Shown here: piece after piece, positions 11,480 to 23,269 of the stretch
How positions within the stretch are numbered: the first letter of the stretch is position 1
Layout: every line of letters starts with the position of its first letter
From: Ginglymostoma cirratum
Taxonomy: Eukaryota
Reading direction: 5' to 3'
Assembly (NCBI GenBank): GCA_024137785.1
Contig: JAHRHZ010000036.1
Location: forward strand, 1,174,333 to 1,238,332
Length of the DNA stretch: 64,000 bases
The notes under the pieces: model-generated
What the model was told of the DNA's origin: nothing
Database searches by the model: none
What the model saw: the letters and a program-made list of their open reading frames with translations, nothing else
Translations under genes and position numbers: made by a program

Positions 11480-12380
11480 GAGCCATTTTGAGAAAATGAT
11501 CAGGATACCAAGATATTTAATAAAAGTCCAGGACTGTCTTGGAAAAATCATTGAACAAATACTCGTGACATTCTCAAAGCTAACTCCACAAGTCTTAAGG
11601 CAAAGACTCCTGTGAAATGAACTTTGACAGACGAGGCATTGTGTCCAGATGACTGAAAACCATCAGGTCTTGCTCATGAAAGCTCAAACAGCCACTGTTA
11701 CAGGGGAGGACAAGTAATGACACTCTGAAGGGAGCTTAACGACTGGGAGGAACTGGCTACCAAGTATTCAGAATGGCAACAACTTGTCCTTCGAGCTGCT
11801 TTATGTTTTGAATCCTAACACCTTACTGATGGGAGGGGAGGCGATGGCCTAGTGGTATTATTGCTGGACTGTTAATCCAGAGACCCAGTTAGTGTTCTGG
11901 GGATCTGGATTCAAATCCCGCCATGGCAGATGGTGGAATTTGAATTCAATAAATATCTGGAATTGAGAATCTAATGATAACCGTGAATCCATTGTCGATT
12001 GTTGGAAAAACCCATCTGGTTCACTAACGTCCTTTAGGGAAAGAAACTGTCATCCTTACCTGGTCTGGACTACAAGTGACTCCAGACCCCACAGCAAACT
12101 GGTTGGCTCTTAACTGCCCTCTGGGCAATTAGGGATGGGCAATAAATGCTGCCTGGTCAGTGATGGCCTCATCCCCTGAATGAATAAAGAATAAAAAGAG
12201 CTAGAACGAGAGCACAGAAGGAAAGTAAAGAAATGAGGAACTTTAGGTCCTACTACCTCATGGGATCTGCCCTGTGTGCCCAAAGATCAGTTCATCGAGA
12301 ACTGACCTCACAAAAAGACCCACAGCAGCAACCCATGACTCTGAGTCCACATCCTCATTGAATTCTGAGACATTCAACGA
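11480..12380 (+). mobile_element. RTE-clade LINE 3' fragment, split by a SINE
   Basis: DTLKGSL..DWEELATKYSEWQQLVLRAA (about 11720-11800) and a CPVCPK zinc-knuckle-like end (about 12265). Confidence 0.55.
11835..12197 (+). mobile_element. tRNA-headed SINE, family B, full length (Meta-domain/SlmI-like from memory; tentative)
   Basis: A box tggcctagtgg, B box ggattcaaatccc, core aaaacccatctggttcactaa.gtcctttaggga..gaaa...ccttacctggtctgg.ctaca.gtgactccagaccc, tail gggcaattagggatgggcaataaatgctg. More than ten copies in the window. Confidence 0.85.
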
Positions 12381-12431
12381 TGGCAACGACAGGACAGGAG
12401 AAATGAAATGAACAAAAGTTGAAAAGAACAG

Positions 12432-12669
12432 TGCAGTGATTGCAACAAGGTCAGCCAAGTGGATCTCATAGCATATGAGTTCCCTGATCAGGGCTGTTAA
12501 CCTGGTCCAATGAGGGAGCTCAAGCTGACAGAAAAAAGCTGGAGTGTCTCTGATTCTGTTCACTCTGAGAGCTGGCTGTAAGGAAGATGGATCAGTCTCA
12601 AGGACGCTCCATGTATAAATAAAGCGTGAGTTTGTGACGGTATACTGGCACCTGTGGAGTTATTAAACA
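12432..12669 (+). mobile_element. Short solo LTR, family 2 (about 240 bp)
   Basis: TG...CA ends and AATAAA near 12618. Homologous in reverse orientation to 22598-23170. Confidence 0.6.
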
Positions 12670-13772
12670 TGAGAGAGGAAAACCAGGAGAGAATAATTAG
12701 CAGCAAAAAGAGTTCAGGGGGCGAGTGGACACCAAATGTAACAGCATGAAAAGGGGAGAGAAAAGTTTGAGAGTGACAATCACAGGAAAGTACTGAAGTG
12801 ATTTGTTGTTGAACAGCTGTTTCTTGGGACGGTATTTCAACTCCAGTAATTTTGGAAAAATGTAAATTTCAAAATTAACATAGGGAAAGTAAAAGTTTAT
12901 AGGCCCAATGAAGGAACAGATATGTAAGGGCAAAAGAAATGGTAGTTGCTATTAATTTCCAGATTTTAGCTAGCAGTACAAGCGTAAGGGTAAAGTATGT
13001 TAAAGTGACTAAAGTTACAGAAAGTGAAGTAACTTAAAAGTATAAGTTAAGATATGGAAGGACAGCTTGGCCAAGCAGAATGCCCATCCGTTGACATGTA
13101 GGGGGCCGTGTGAACACTTCTTCTGTTGAGCTCCTGTGTGAAAGTGTCACCAGCTGAATGAAGCTTGAGATCAGGGTGTCAGAGCTCCAGCAGTAGCTAG
13201 AAGCACCAAGGTGCATCCATAAGGCTGAGAACAATATGGATAACATGTTTGGACATGGGTTGCATCACACGTTGGAAGTAAGCAGGGAATGAGGAGTCAT
13301 GAGAAAATCCAAGAGAAACAGGCAGGTCGTGCAGGATTCTCCAGAGATCTTTCTCAATAGGTGATTTCCCATTTTGGATATTGTTGACGGCAGTGGATGT
13401 TTGGAGGAGTGAGGAAACAGATATGCTTGTGGCACCCTGTGTGGTCAGATGTACAGCAGGGGTGGAAGTAGAGTGGAAAGTCATTTATTTGGCTGTTGAC
13501 ATGATTCCAGGATGGTGCACTACCTCCATGGTGTAAGGGTCAAGGGTGTCACAGAGTGGCTGCAGAATATTATGGGGAGGCTGAACAGTCAGAAATCATG
13601 GTTCACATTGGTACTAACAACATTGATAGGAAGGAGGATGTATTCCTACTGTTGGAATTTAGGGAGCCAGTTAGCAAATTAACAAGCAGGGCCTCGACAG
13701 TAGAAATCTCAAGATTACTCCCAGTGCCACAAGCAAGTGTAGGAGGACGAGACAGACTTTTAAAAAATATAT

Positions 13773-14081
13773 ATTTATTCACAGGATGAGGGCATCACTC
13801 AATGCCCAGAGAGCAGTTAAGAATCAGTCACATAACTGTGGGTCTGGAGTCACATGTAGGCTAGCAGATTTCCTTCCCTAAAGGATATTAGTGAACCAGA
13901 TGGGTGTTCCCCCCAACAATCAGCAATGGATTCACGGTCATCACTAGACTGCTAGGTCCAGATATTTTTTAATTCAAATTCCACCGTCTACCATGGCAGG
14001 ATTCAAACCTCGGTCCCCAGGATGTTACCTAGGTGTCTAGGTTAACAATCCAGCAATAATAGCATGAGGCCATCACCTTCC
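13773..14081 (-). mobile_element. SINE family B
   Basis: Reverse complement of the 11835-12197 family. Confidence 0.85.
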
Positions 14082-14682
14082 TGAATGAATGATGAATGTG
14101 TGCTTGGCAAAATAATGCAACTGGGAGGGCTTTAGATTTCTGGGACATGGGGACTGGCTCTTGTTGAGATATAAGTTGGCTAGGTTGCTTTGAACAGAGC
14201 CAAGACTGAGTTCCTTACATGGCATGCGGCTACTTCTGTTGGAATGATTTTAAATTAACTAAGCAGGGGTGCAGGAACCAGGAAGAATATTATAAACTAA
14301 TACAATGGAGTGCTAAATGCTGGGAGAGACAGATAGAACTGAAAAGAGAATTGTAGGTTAGTAGGTGAAGTCAGAGCAAGGGACAAAGCAATGAAATCAA
14401 AATCAGGCTTACGCTGTATGTAAATCAATGAACAGGGTATAGTTAATAAGATTGGAGAGTTACCAGTTTTCCTTGTGAGATTAAGATATTGTGAAGGTAA
14501 CAGAGACTTGATTCAGGGAAGGGCAGGTCGGGCTGTCTCCTGGTTTCAAGGTATTCAGAAATGAATAAAAGGAGGATGGGTAACAGGGGAAGGAGATCTG
14601 GTTGAGGTGAACATTGCAATGCTGGAGAAAGGGAATGTTTTGGGGGGTTCAAGGGCAGAATCGACTTGGGTAGAGTTGAGGA

Positions 14683-15037
14683 GGGGAGGTGACAGCCTAA
14701 TGATGTTATCACGAGTCTATTAATCCAGAGACCCAAGTAATATTCCGGGGATCTGGGTTTGAATCTAGCCACAGCTGATGGTGGAATTTTTCCTTTAGTA
14801 AAACACTGGAATATTGAGTCTAATAATGACAATGAATCCATTGTTGGAAAAACCCATCTGGTTCACTAATGTTCTTTAGGGAAGGAAACTGCCATCCTTA
14901 CCTGGTCTGGCCTACATGTGACTCCAGATCCACAGCAACGTGGTTGACTTTTAACTGCCCTCTGGGCAATTAGGGATGGGCAGTAAATGTTGGCCCAACC
15001 AGTGACGCCCTCATCCCGTGAATGAATTTGTAAAAAG
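14683..15037 (+). mobile_element. SINE family B, full length
   Basis: Head, core and tail as at 11835-12197. Confidence 0.88.
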
Positions 15038-15562
15038 GAATAAGTGTAGGAAGGATTTGAATGCATTGGAGGGAGTGAAGAAGAGGTTTATAAGAAAGAT
15101 TCTAGGGATGAGAAATGTTATTTGCGAGGATAGATTGGAGAAATTGGGACCCCTCTTCCCAGAGAGGAGAAGGCTATGAAGAGATTAGATAGATGTCTTC
15201 AAAATCATGAGGACTCTGGACAGAGTAGATAGGGAGAACCTGTTCCTGCACCTAAAAGTTTTGGGAACGAGAGGGCATAGTGATAGAGTGCTTTACAAAG
15301 GAAACAAATGTGAGGTAAGAAGAAGTGTTTCTACACTTCTACAGTGAATAGTCTGGGTCCGGAATATGGTGGAGGCAGGTTCAGTGGAGGATTTCAGCAG
15401 GGATAATCATTTAAATAAAAACACTGTGCAGAGTCACCGGCAAAATTGCTGGAGGTTGGCAGTCAATCAAAGTGTTCAGTGAGCTGGAGCAAACACAAAG
15501 GGGTTGAATGGCCTGTTTCTGCACTGTAACAATTCTGTGACAGTACAAATCCAAAAGAAACT

Positions 15563-16770
15563 GATGTGGAGGTGCCGGGGTTGGACTGGGGTGGACAAGG
15601 TCAGAAGTCACACAACACCAGGTTATAATCCGACAGGGTTATTTGAAATCACAAGCTTTTGGAGTGCTGCTCCTTCGTCTGTAGAGTGAAGAGAAGCACA
15701 CAGGCACAGAATTTATAGGCAGAGAGATCAAATGATTGTACAAATGGTGTGAGTGGAGCGTCAACAGGCTGAATAATAAGTCTCTGCCGGTCATCAGAAG
15801 TGTCAGTCGGTGTGAGGAAAGTGTCGGGGACGACCTACAATAAAACAAATTGAGGCAGAGAGACAATTACAAAAAATTAAAAATAAGGTGGTGCTGGAGA
15901 CAAACCAAATGGCTGGAATAACACGATAGATATAAGAGTCTCATGCTGAGGGTCTAACCAAAGTAACAAGTACAAACTAATTAGGGTAGAGAGATCATAG
16001 CAAGTCATCAAGGTGATAATGTCAAAACAGGACAGTAAGGAAGATTTTACAGATACAGAACAGTATAGTGAGGTTACATGTAGTGCGACGTGAACCCAAG
16101 ATAATGGCTGGGGCCATCTTCATGGGTATGGAACTTAGCTATCAGTTTCTGCTGGGTGATTCTCCATTGTTGTGTATCTCGAAAGCCACCCTGGAGGACG
16201 CTGACCCGAAGATTGGAGGACGAATGCCCTTGACCGCTGAAGTATTCCCCTACTGGGAGGGAACATTCCTGTTTGGCAATTGTTGTGCAGTGTCCATTCA
16301 TCTGTTGTCGTAGTGTTTGCATGGTCTCACCAATATACTGTGCCTCGGGGCGTCCTTGCCTGCAGTGTATGAGACAGAGAACATTCGCTGAGTCACATGA
16401 ATATCTGTTGTGTAGATGGTGGCGTGGTGGGCAGTGTTCCCACATGTGATGGTTGAATCCGTGTCGATGATCTGACATGTCTTGCAGAGGTTGCCATGGC
16501 AGGGTTGTGTGGTGTTGTGGTCGATGTTGTCCTAAAGGCTGGGTAGTTTGCTGCAAACAACGGTCTGTTTAAGGTTTGGCAGTTGTTTAAAGGCGAGAAG
16601 TGGAGGCGTAGGGATGAACTTGGGTGAAATGTTCGTCATCATCGATGGCATGTTCAAGGCTGCAAAGAGCATGGTGTAGTTTCTTCACTTCAGGGAAGGA
16701 CTGGACGGTGAAGGGTACTCTTGTCGGTTGTGTCCTGTGCCTGTCTTCTGAGGAGGTTGTTGCAGTGATG
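15563..16770 (-). mobile_element. Penelope-like retroelement, 5'-truncated (linker, GIY-YIG endonuclease, pLTR)
   Basis: ORF 16074-16556: YSCDSANVLCLIHCRQG..AQYIGETMQTLRQQMNGH...LPVGEYF...HSSSNLRVSVLQGGFRD..WRITQQKLIAKFHT, a GIY-YIG domain. ORF 16587-16811 carries the RVPF.VQ.FP..KKL linker. pLTR at 15563-15685. Confidence 0.9.
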
Positions 16771-18398
16771 GGTTCTGTAAGTAAACAAAGGATGCTGAAT
16801 AAACAAAGCATAGCCTTTTATTTCTTTATGCATTTGTCTAGCTGTCCCTTAACTGTACCTGCTTTACCTGCCTCCCTGAGGTAGTAGTTTCTGCATTCTG
16901 AGCACCCTACTGGGATTGGTACTCACCGGATTACCACGAAAAATCATGTCCCTGCACCATGCTTCAAAGAATGGAACTAGTAGAGGATGATAGCAGGAAG
17001 TGAGGGGATTGTGTGGGGTTGGGGAGGTGGGAGTGCTGAAGGGCTGCAGGTCAGACGTGCTAATCTTAACATTCGATGTGTCTCTTAAAGCTTTTTACAG
17101 CCTCATAAAATGAGTTAGACAGCTCCTAATGATTGCCTTCACAGTGCTGCTTGCAGCAGAGGTTTCCAACCTGCCTGGGCCCTATAGTGTCTGGGAGCAT
17201 CTCCATTTTATCAAAAATTCCAGTAATGACATGAGCAGTTAGTGCAGAGTATTAGGGACCTTCAGAAACTACAAGACCTCCCGGTGCTCTGAAGCTGAGG
17301 CCATTAGTGTGATTGCTGGGAGGAGGTTGCTGAGTTCAAGCTGAAATGTCAATTTTCATTTCTGAAAGCGGGCCTGTTTGAGGGCTGAAGGTTTTTTGAG
17401 AAGCCCTGACTGTGAAACCATTGCTCCCACGGGGCCTGCAAATTCCAGGCTGATGAGAGCTGCCAATATTTATTTCACAGATAAAGATTTACAAGGGTCA
17501 CCCTCATCAGGGCCGTGTTTCTAAGTCAGAAACTGTGAAGCCTGTTATTTTTTGGTTGAAGTGAACACTTGGTTCTGTGTCCAATTGCTTGTCATTTGAT
17601 TTGGACCCTGGTCTCCCAGCAGTCTAGTATACGTTCTGGTTGCAGTCTGCAGTAACTGGGCTTCTCAATAATCCCCTTTTGTTTTGGACTCATCAAAATC
17701 TGAAATTTGAATTTGGGATTGATCCAGTGACATAAAAAGCTCCTAGTTGTCAACATTCTAATTTTACTGTATGACTCTCGAAACTAGCAACACAAGAAAA
17801 AAAACCCTGAAAACGCGCCAACTTATTGACCCTAAATGGTAACATCAGTTTTACAGTTCTGCAGTGCAGCATTCCTCATGTTGTGGTCAACAAAGTACTT
17901 CAGACTTAATCCTTTTGGTGATTGTAAATGATGTGCTTTGTGGTTTTCTGTATGTTAGAGTCGAGTTCATATTGACTCAGATGTCTAGAAGTTTGTTAAT
18001 AACTAATGTTGTACATTAATATGACATCCCAGATCTACACCTACAGCATGGTTTATATGCTTTCCTAGATAACCAAAATATTATATCCTTGGTCGACTGG
18101 TCATCTAATTAATTGACTAGCAGCCTGCCTACCAACTGAATGTATAGAGACAAACATGGAGAACTTTTATATTGGAGTGTCACATGTCATGATGTCATTT
18201 GGGTCTCTTAAAAGAATCATGCCTTTCTGTGTGATAATACAATAGCTCTCTTTTTCCTTTTAAAGAACTGGAAAGTTGTGGTCATAAATATTTTCGAAGA
18301 TGCACATTATCTTTATACATTAAAATAACACTTTGGCTGAAATACAATCTGTCTAGATCTTGCCTTTTCTAAGTATTGTGACTTAGCTGTGTTGCTTC

Positions 18399-18890
18399 TG
18401 TCATAGCCCACTGGAGCAACATATTGGAAATCAAGCTCCAACATTCCTAGAACCTTCATAAATGTGAAAGTTTGATTGAATCACCGTAGTAACCGATTTT
18501 AATTGCCTAATTCAAGTTAAAAGACTATCCACACTAGGTTTTTCATTAACAAGGAAATACCTATTTATTATAATCAACCTGATTTAACCAATGGCAAGAA
18601 AGAAACATGAATTGCTAACTTCTGTAACTTAAAATCTAAACTGTTTAAAAATCTCATACACATGCACAAAGTGATAAGATAAGACATAAGTGTTATGAGC
18701 TAGGGATGGAAACAGGTCAGAAAAGCACATCTCTGGCACCAGTCCAGATGTCAATGAGTTGTCTTCCTTCAGTTTGGTTTCATTCCTTTCACCTTACCAA
18801 CACAGATACAAGGTTATGGACATTCCAATTCTCAGTCTTTCTTCTAGGATTTGCAATTTCAGTGTCTTTAAGGGGATTAATCCCTTTTCC
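18399..18890 (-). mobile_element. LTR family 1, partial copy
   Basis: Its reverse complement shares gcaattcatgtt..ttcttgccattgg.taaa, gaaaacct.gtgtg and caactcattga...ggactggtgccaga with 3150-3420. Confidence 0.65.
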
Positions 18891-18904
18891 TTTCAACAAG
18901 GAAA

Positions 18905-19130
18905 TGGGACAGTGAGGGGAATGGAGGATAAGGCATTAAGGGGAGTGGGGAAGGAAGCAGGGAGCAGAGTGGAGGGTGGGGAAGTGAGGTAGATGGGGTA
19001 GTGAGGAGAATGGAGGATGAGGCAATGGCAGGAGTGGAGAATGGGGCAGTGAGGGCAGTGGGGGATGGGATTGTGAAGGGAGTGGGGAATGGGGCAGTGA
19101 GGGGAGTGGAACATGGAGTGAGTGGAGGTA
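18905..19130 (+). repeat. G/purine-rich low-complexity minisatellite-like tract
   Basis: Recurrent ggagtgg(a/g)gaatggggcagtgaggg units. Confidence 0.75.
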
Positions 19131-19719
19131 GTAACAAAAGGGTAAGACATCCCCCTCTGGTTCCAGTGCAGTGCAGGTGTACAATGATAATGTCACTGTT
19201 GCTAGGTCCCTGTTTGAATACATTGGCAGAAAGTATAGTGTCATGAAAACCTTTCGCTTTCTTGCAGAGTATTCTCAATCTACGTTACACTGGACTCTGT
19301 TGCACCACGGTTTCACTACAAGCACATTTCCATGCCATCCTAGCGGGCGGTGTTGGGAAATAGCCTTCCTTCACAACTCACCCCACCTCCAGAGACCATT
19401 GGGATAATTCTATGTACCATATGGGGTAACCACTTGGTCACCCACCTGCCTGACTTACCCTGGCAATCTCAGACCAATTTATCTGGTTGGGTGGGTACTG
19501 TCCTTCCATGGCATCCTCTGTAACCTGGTACCTTCCTGTGGTGGCACTGCAGAGACTGCAGATCTCCAGCTCTCCATTTTCGTACCATCCCCTTGGGGAT
19601 GCGTTGCTGTCCTTTATAGATTTAGCTAGTCTGGTGGCAATTGGTGACTCACCCACCATCCTCTAATATGGAGCTTAGGTCTCGCAGGTCACTAATGCAC
19701 CCCCTCCCCCCTCAACCAC

Positions 19720-20670
19720 CATAGGAAGGAGACCATTCAGCCCACCAGGTCCATGCCAGCTCTCAGTGGAACTATCCAGTCCCTCCTACTTCCCTGTTCT
19801 ATCCTGGTAACAATGCAGAGTTTTTCCCTCAGTACAAATCCAGTTTCCTCTTGATGGTCTCCATTTCTCCCATCATCAAGGACTGTGAGTTGCTGGTCAT
19901 TACCACTAGCTGCATAAAACTCTTCTTCTTCAAGTGCTTCCTTCATCTCTTGCCCAAAACCTTCAATCTTCATTCTTGAATTATTAGGTAATGGGACAGT
20001 TTTTGTCTTTGTCTACACTTTTTACATTTTTCATACTCTTGTAGACTTCTATCAAAGTTCCCCACAATCCCTTTTGTTCTAAGGATTTGTTCGAACATCC
20101 CTCAACCCAGGAACCACTCTAGTAAATAACCTCTGCACCTTCACTTCCTTCCGAAAGGGTGGTGACCTGAACTGGATGCAGTACTCTTGCTGTGGCCTAA
20201 CTAGAGCTTTACGCAGGTTCATCCCAACGTCGCTGTTTCTAATCACAACACCCCTAACAATGAAACCCTAGATCCCATGTGCTTCGCTCACTGCTCTCAA
20301 TATATCCTGCCATTTTCTGCAGTCCCTGCAATGGCACCCCAGGTCCGTCTGCCCCTGCGCACTATTTAGAAATGTACAATTAAGTTCTATTACACTTCTC
20401 GTCACCCTTTCAGTCAAAATGCAAGTCCTTGGACTTCAAGAATTAATTAAATCCTGTTTTCACCTTTTTTGCTCATTCTCCAGCCAATCTATGGCGTAGT
20501 GTAGTCAATTGGTATCAGCCTCACTGTTTGCCACGCCTTCATGTTTTGAAACACGGGTAAAGTTTGATCTTTCAGTTTGTGTTCCAGTATCCAAATCATC
20601 TGTATGTATCAAAAAACTTGTGATGTTAGCACTGACCCTTTGTTGACACCATTGCCTGCCACTATTTTGG
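19720..20670 (-). mobile_element. Old CR1 LINE fragment
   Basis: ccattcagcccaccagg 3' UTR. Antisense gaactggatgcagtactc..gtggcctaactagagcttta encodes YKALVRPQxEYCIQF. Confidence 0.7.
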
Positions 20671-21544
20671 TAAGAAGATCCAAATTGGATGATCCTTTGT
20701 GTTGACCAAAAACAACTTCAGTTGCCGATAATTTCTCAGGAGATAAATTACCATCTGACTAGTTTCCGTTCTTGCAAATTATAATTTGGCCTTGCTTCGT
20801 TAATTAGATACCTCCTCAACCTTCATTGCCACTGGTTTTAATGATTTCAGCATATTTTAATTAGTTAATCATTACCAACATTGGGATATTGGTTAATTAA
20901 CCCCATGCCCTCTCCAGGTTACTTTTGTCATCAAAAGATGAATTGCTTTGTGAAGTAGTAATTAGTATAGTAAAGGTCAAAGGTTGGGTGAAATCATTCC
21001 GTGGCCTACTTTCTCGTTCCAAAAGCAGCTTCACCCTCACTGCCTTCGATTCCTTTCCTCCCTCTACAATTTACCTGAGCTTGCTACATATCTGGCACTC
21101 ACAGATGAGTTATTTGTCAATGGGGACTTCATCAGAAAGACTGGCCCTGGCCTCACCCAATACACAGTAGTACACACACCTCTGTAGGAGTCAGCATCGC
21201 CCTGTAGACTATGTGTAAGTAGCTGTGTTGCTCACAAGTTGTCCCCTTTGAGTCACTGCACCCACGCAACCGCATGTCAAATTTCAGAGACATCTTTCAT
21301 TAAATGACCAATGTTTACACAGTGGTAACAAAAAATGAGAGAGAATATTAGTTAGTGCACAGTGCCTAGGTTTAGGAATAATGCTTCGTTTTGACCCCCA
21401 ATAACACAGTGATGATGTGCCTGTCTTCCAAGATAAGATTCCTAGTTCCAGGAAACTAATGACGCTGTTGAAGTAGCAGATGAGGAATTTCACATAAGTA
21501 CCGTCCCATACTTCTAACTCGATATAACATGGAATATTTTCAAA

Positions 21545-21780
21545 TCCTTCATTTGTTGTTTGTTTTCAAACATCTGCATGGCCTTACCCCTCCCTGTCGC
21601 TGTGATCTCCATGGCTTCTAAATCTCAGAAAACTTTGTTTTCACATATCTCCTCTTCAAGATGCCCCTCAAAGCCCAACTCTTTTACTAAGTATTTGGTC
21701 ACCTGTCCAAATATTGCCGTTTTGAACTGGGTGTCAATTATTAGCTGATAGAAGTCCCTCTGAAGCAGCTTGGGATAGAA
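21545..21780 (+). mobile_element. L2-type LINE 3' end
   Basis: ttcaaacatctgcatggcctt.cccctccct...ctcttttactaagtatttggtcacctgtc...ctgaagcagcttggga; same family as 24955-25312. Confidence 0.6.
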
Positions 21781-21784
21781 CCAA

Positions 21785-22375
21785 GAACAAGAGCAAAGAA
21801 CAAAGAAAATTACAGCACAGGAACAGGATCTTCGGCCCTCCAAGGCTGCACCGACATGCTGCCCGTCACAACTAAAACCCCGTACCCTTCTGGGAACTGT
21901 ATCCCTCTATTCCCATCCTATTCATGTATTTGTCAAGATGCCTCCCCTACCTCCCCTGGCAGCAAGTTCTAGGCACCCACCACCCTCTGTGTAAAAAACA
22001 TGCCTTGTACATCACCTTTAAACCTTGCCCCTCGCACCTTAAACCTGTGTCCCCTACTAACTGACTCTTCCACCCTGGGCAAAAGCCTCTGACTGTCCAC
22101 TCTGTTCTTATCCTTCATAATCTTGTAGACCTCTATCTGGTCGCCCTTCAACCTCTGTCATTCCAGTGAGAGCAACCCAAGTTTCCCCAACCTCTCCTCA
22201 TAGCTAGTGCCCTCCATACCAGGCAACATCCTGGTAAATCTTTTCTGTACCCTCTCCAAAGCCACCACATCCTTCTGATAGTTTGGCGACCAGAATTGGA
22301 CACAATATTCCAAATGCAGTCTAACTAAGGTTCTATAAAGCTGCAACATTACTCGCCAATTTTTAAACTCAATGC
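21785..22375 (-). mobile_element. CR1/HER1 LINE 3' fragment, well preserved
   Basis: ORFs 22158-22409 (GIEFKNWRVMLQLYRTLVRLHLEYCVQFWSP..KDVVALERVQKRFTRMLPG) and 21969-22151. Confidence 0.92.
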
Positions 22376-22597
22376 CTCCTTCTGAGTTGAAGGTCCTATA
22401 TAAATACAAATTATTGTTGTGTGGTTATTTTTTGAGATATAAATGAATTGGATGAAATTATGGGCATCCAGATGGTGTGGATGATAAAGTACCAGTGTCT
22501 TTGGTTGAGAGGTCCATAATTGTGGGGAGGGGACATCGTGGGGAGAGTCATAGGAGGTTTGCCAAGACTTAAAACAAAGCTTTTCTTCACGAAAAGG

Positions 22598-23170
22598 TGA
22601 AAAAAATCCACACAGGCCAGTATCCCATCACTAGGTTACCCTTTATTTACATGTGGAGAGTCCGTGACACTGATCCAGCTCCCTCAGAGCTAGCTCTCAA
22701 AGTGAACAGAACTTCTGACATTCCTATTTATATCTGTCAGTCAGGGCTCCCTGATTGACCCACATTAATGGCCCAGGCATAGTGGCTCAGTGGTTAGCAC
22801 TTCTGCCTCACAGCGTCAGGGCCCCGTGTTCGATTCCATCCTTGGATGACTGTCTGTGTGGAGTTTGCACATTCTCCTCGTGTCTGCATGGGTTTCCTCC
22901 GGGTGCTCTGGTTTCCTCCCACAGTCCTAAGATGTACAGGTTAGGTGGATTGGCTGTGGGAAATTGCCTGTAGTGTCCAGGGATGTGCAGGCTAGGTGGA
23001 TTGTAGTGGTGGTGGGCCTGAGATGGATGCTGTTTGGAAGGTTAGTGTGGACATGAAGGGCTGAATGGCCTGCTTCCACACTATAAGGATTTTATGATTC
23101 TAACAGCCTCAGTCAGGGACCTCCCATTCTGTAAGGTCTACCTGGCTGACCTCTTTACAATCACCAAACA
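22598..23170 (-). mobile_element. Solo LTR family 2, interrupted by an HE1 SINE
   Basis: 22598-22770 plus 23103-23170 align with the reverse complement of 12432-12669 (ccagtat...ctttattta...ctgatcca.ct..ct.a.agc.agctctca.agtgaacagaa; tggctgacct..tt.caatcac). Confidence 0.65.
22770..23102 (+). mobile_element. HE1-type V-SINE
   Basis: agtggctcagtggttagcac...ctgtctgtgtggagtttgcacattctcc...tail cactataaggattttatgattcta. Confidence 0.9.
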
Positions 23171-23269
23171 GGGACATTGTGTCATTTGCAATCTTGAAGG
23201 TGTGGTCATTTGGCTCATTGAGTCTGTGCTGGTTCAAGGTGGAGCAATCCGTCAATCCCATTTCTGCAT

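Larger units (their letters stand above)
13050..15545 (+). mobile_element. Decayed, internally deleted CR1 retaining ORF1 (esterase-like), the ORF2 start and the 3' end
   Basis: ORF 13556: GEAEQSEIMVHIGTNNIDRK...SKLTSRASTVEISRLLPVPQAS, the SGNH/esterase-type GxND block of CR1 ORF1. ORF2 tail lies at 15045-15545. Two SINEs are inserted. Confidence 0.75.

Noticed and set aside
12258-12563. 101-aa hydrophobic ORF
   Set aside because: It spans the antisense of a solo LTR and an RTE tail, so it is a chance ORF.
19380-19660. Possible Harbinger Myb/SANT ORF relic (ENGELEI...NWSEIARVS); a similar weak hint at 6035-6349
   Set aside because: Only a few residues resemble the motif, which is too weak to call without an HMM search.
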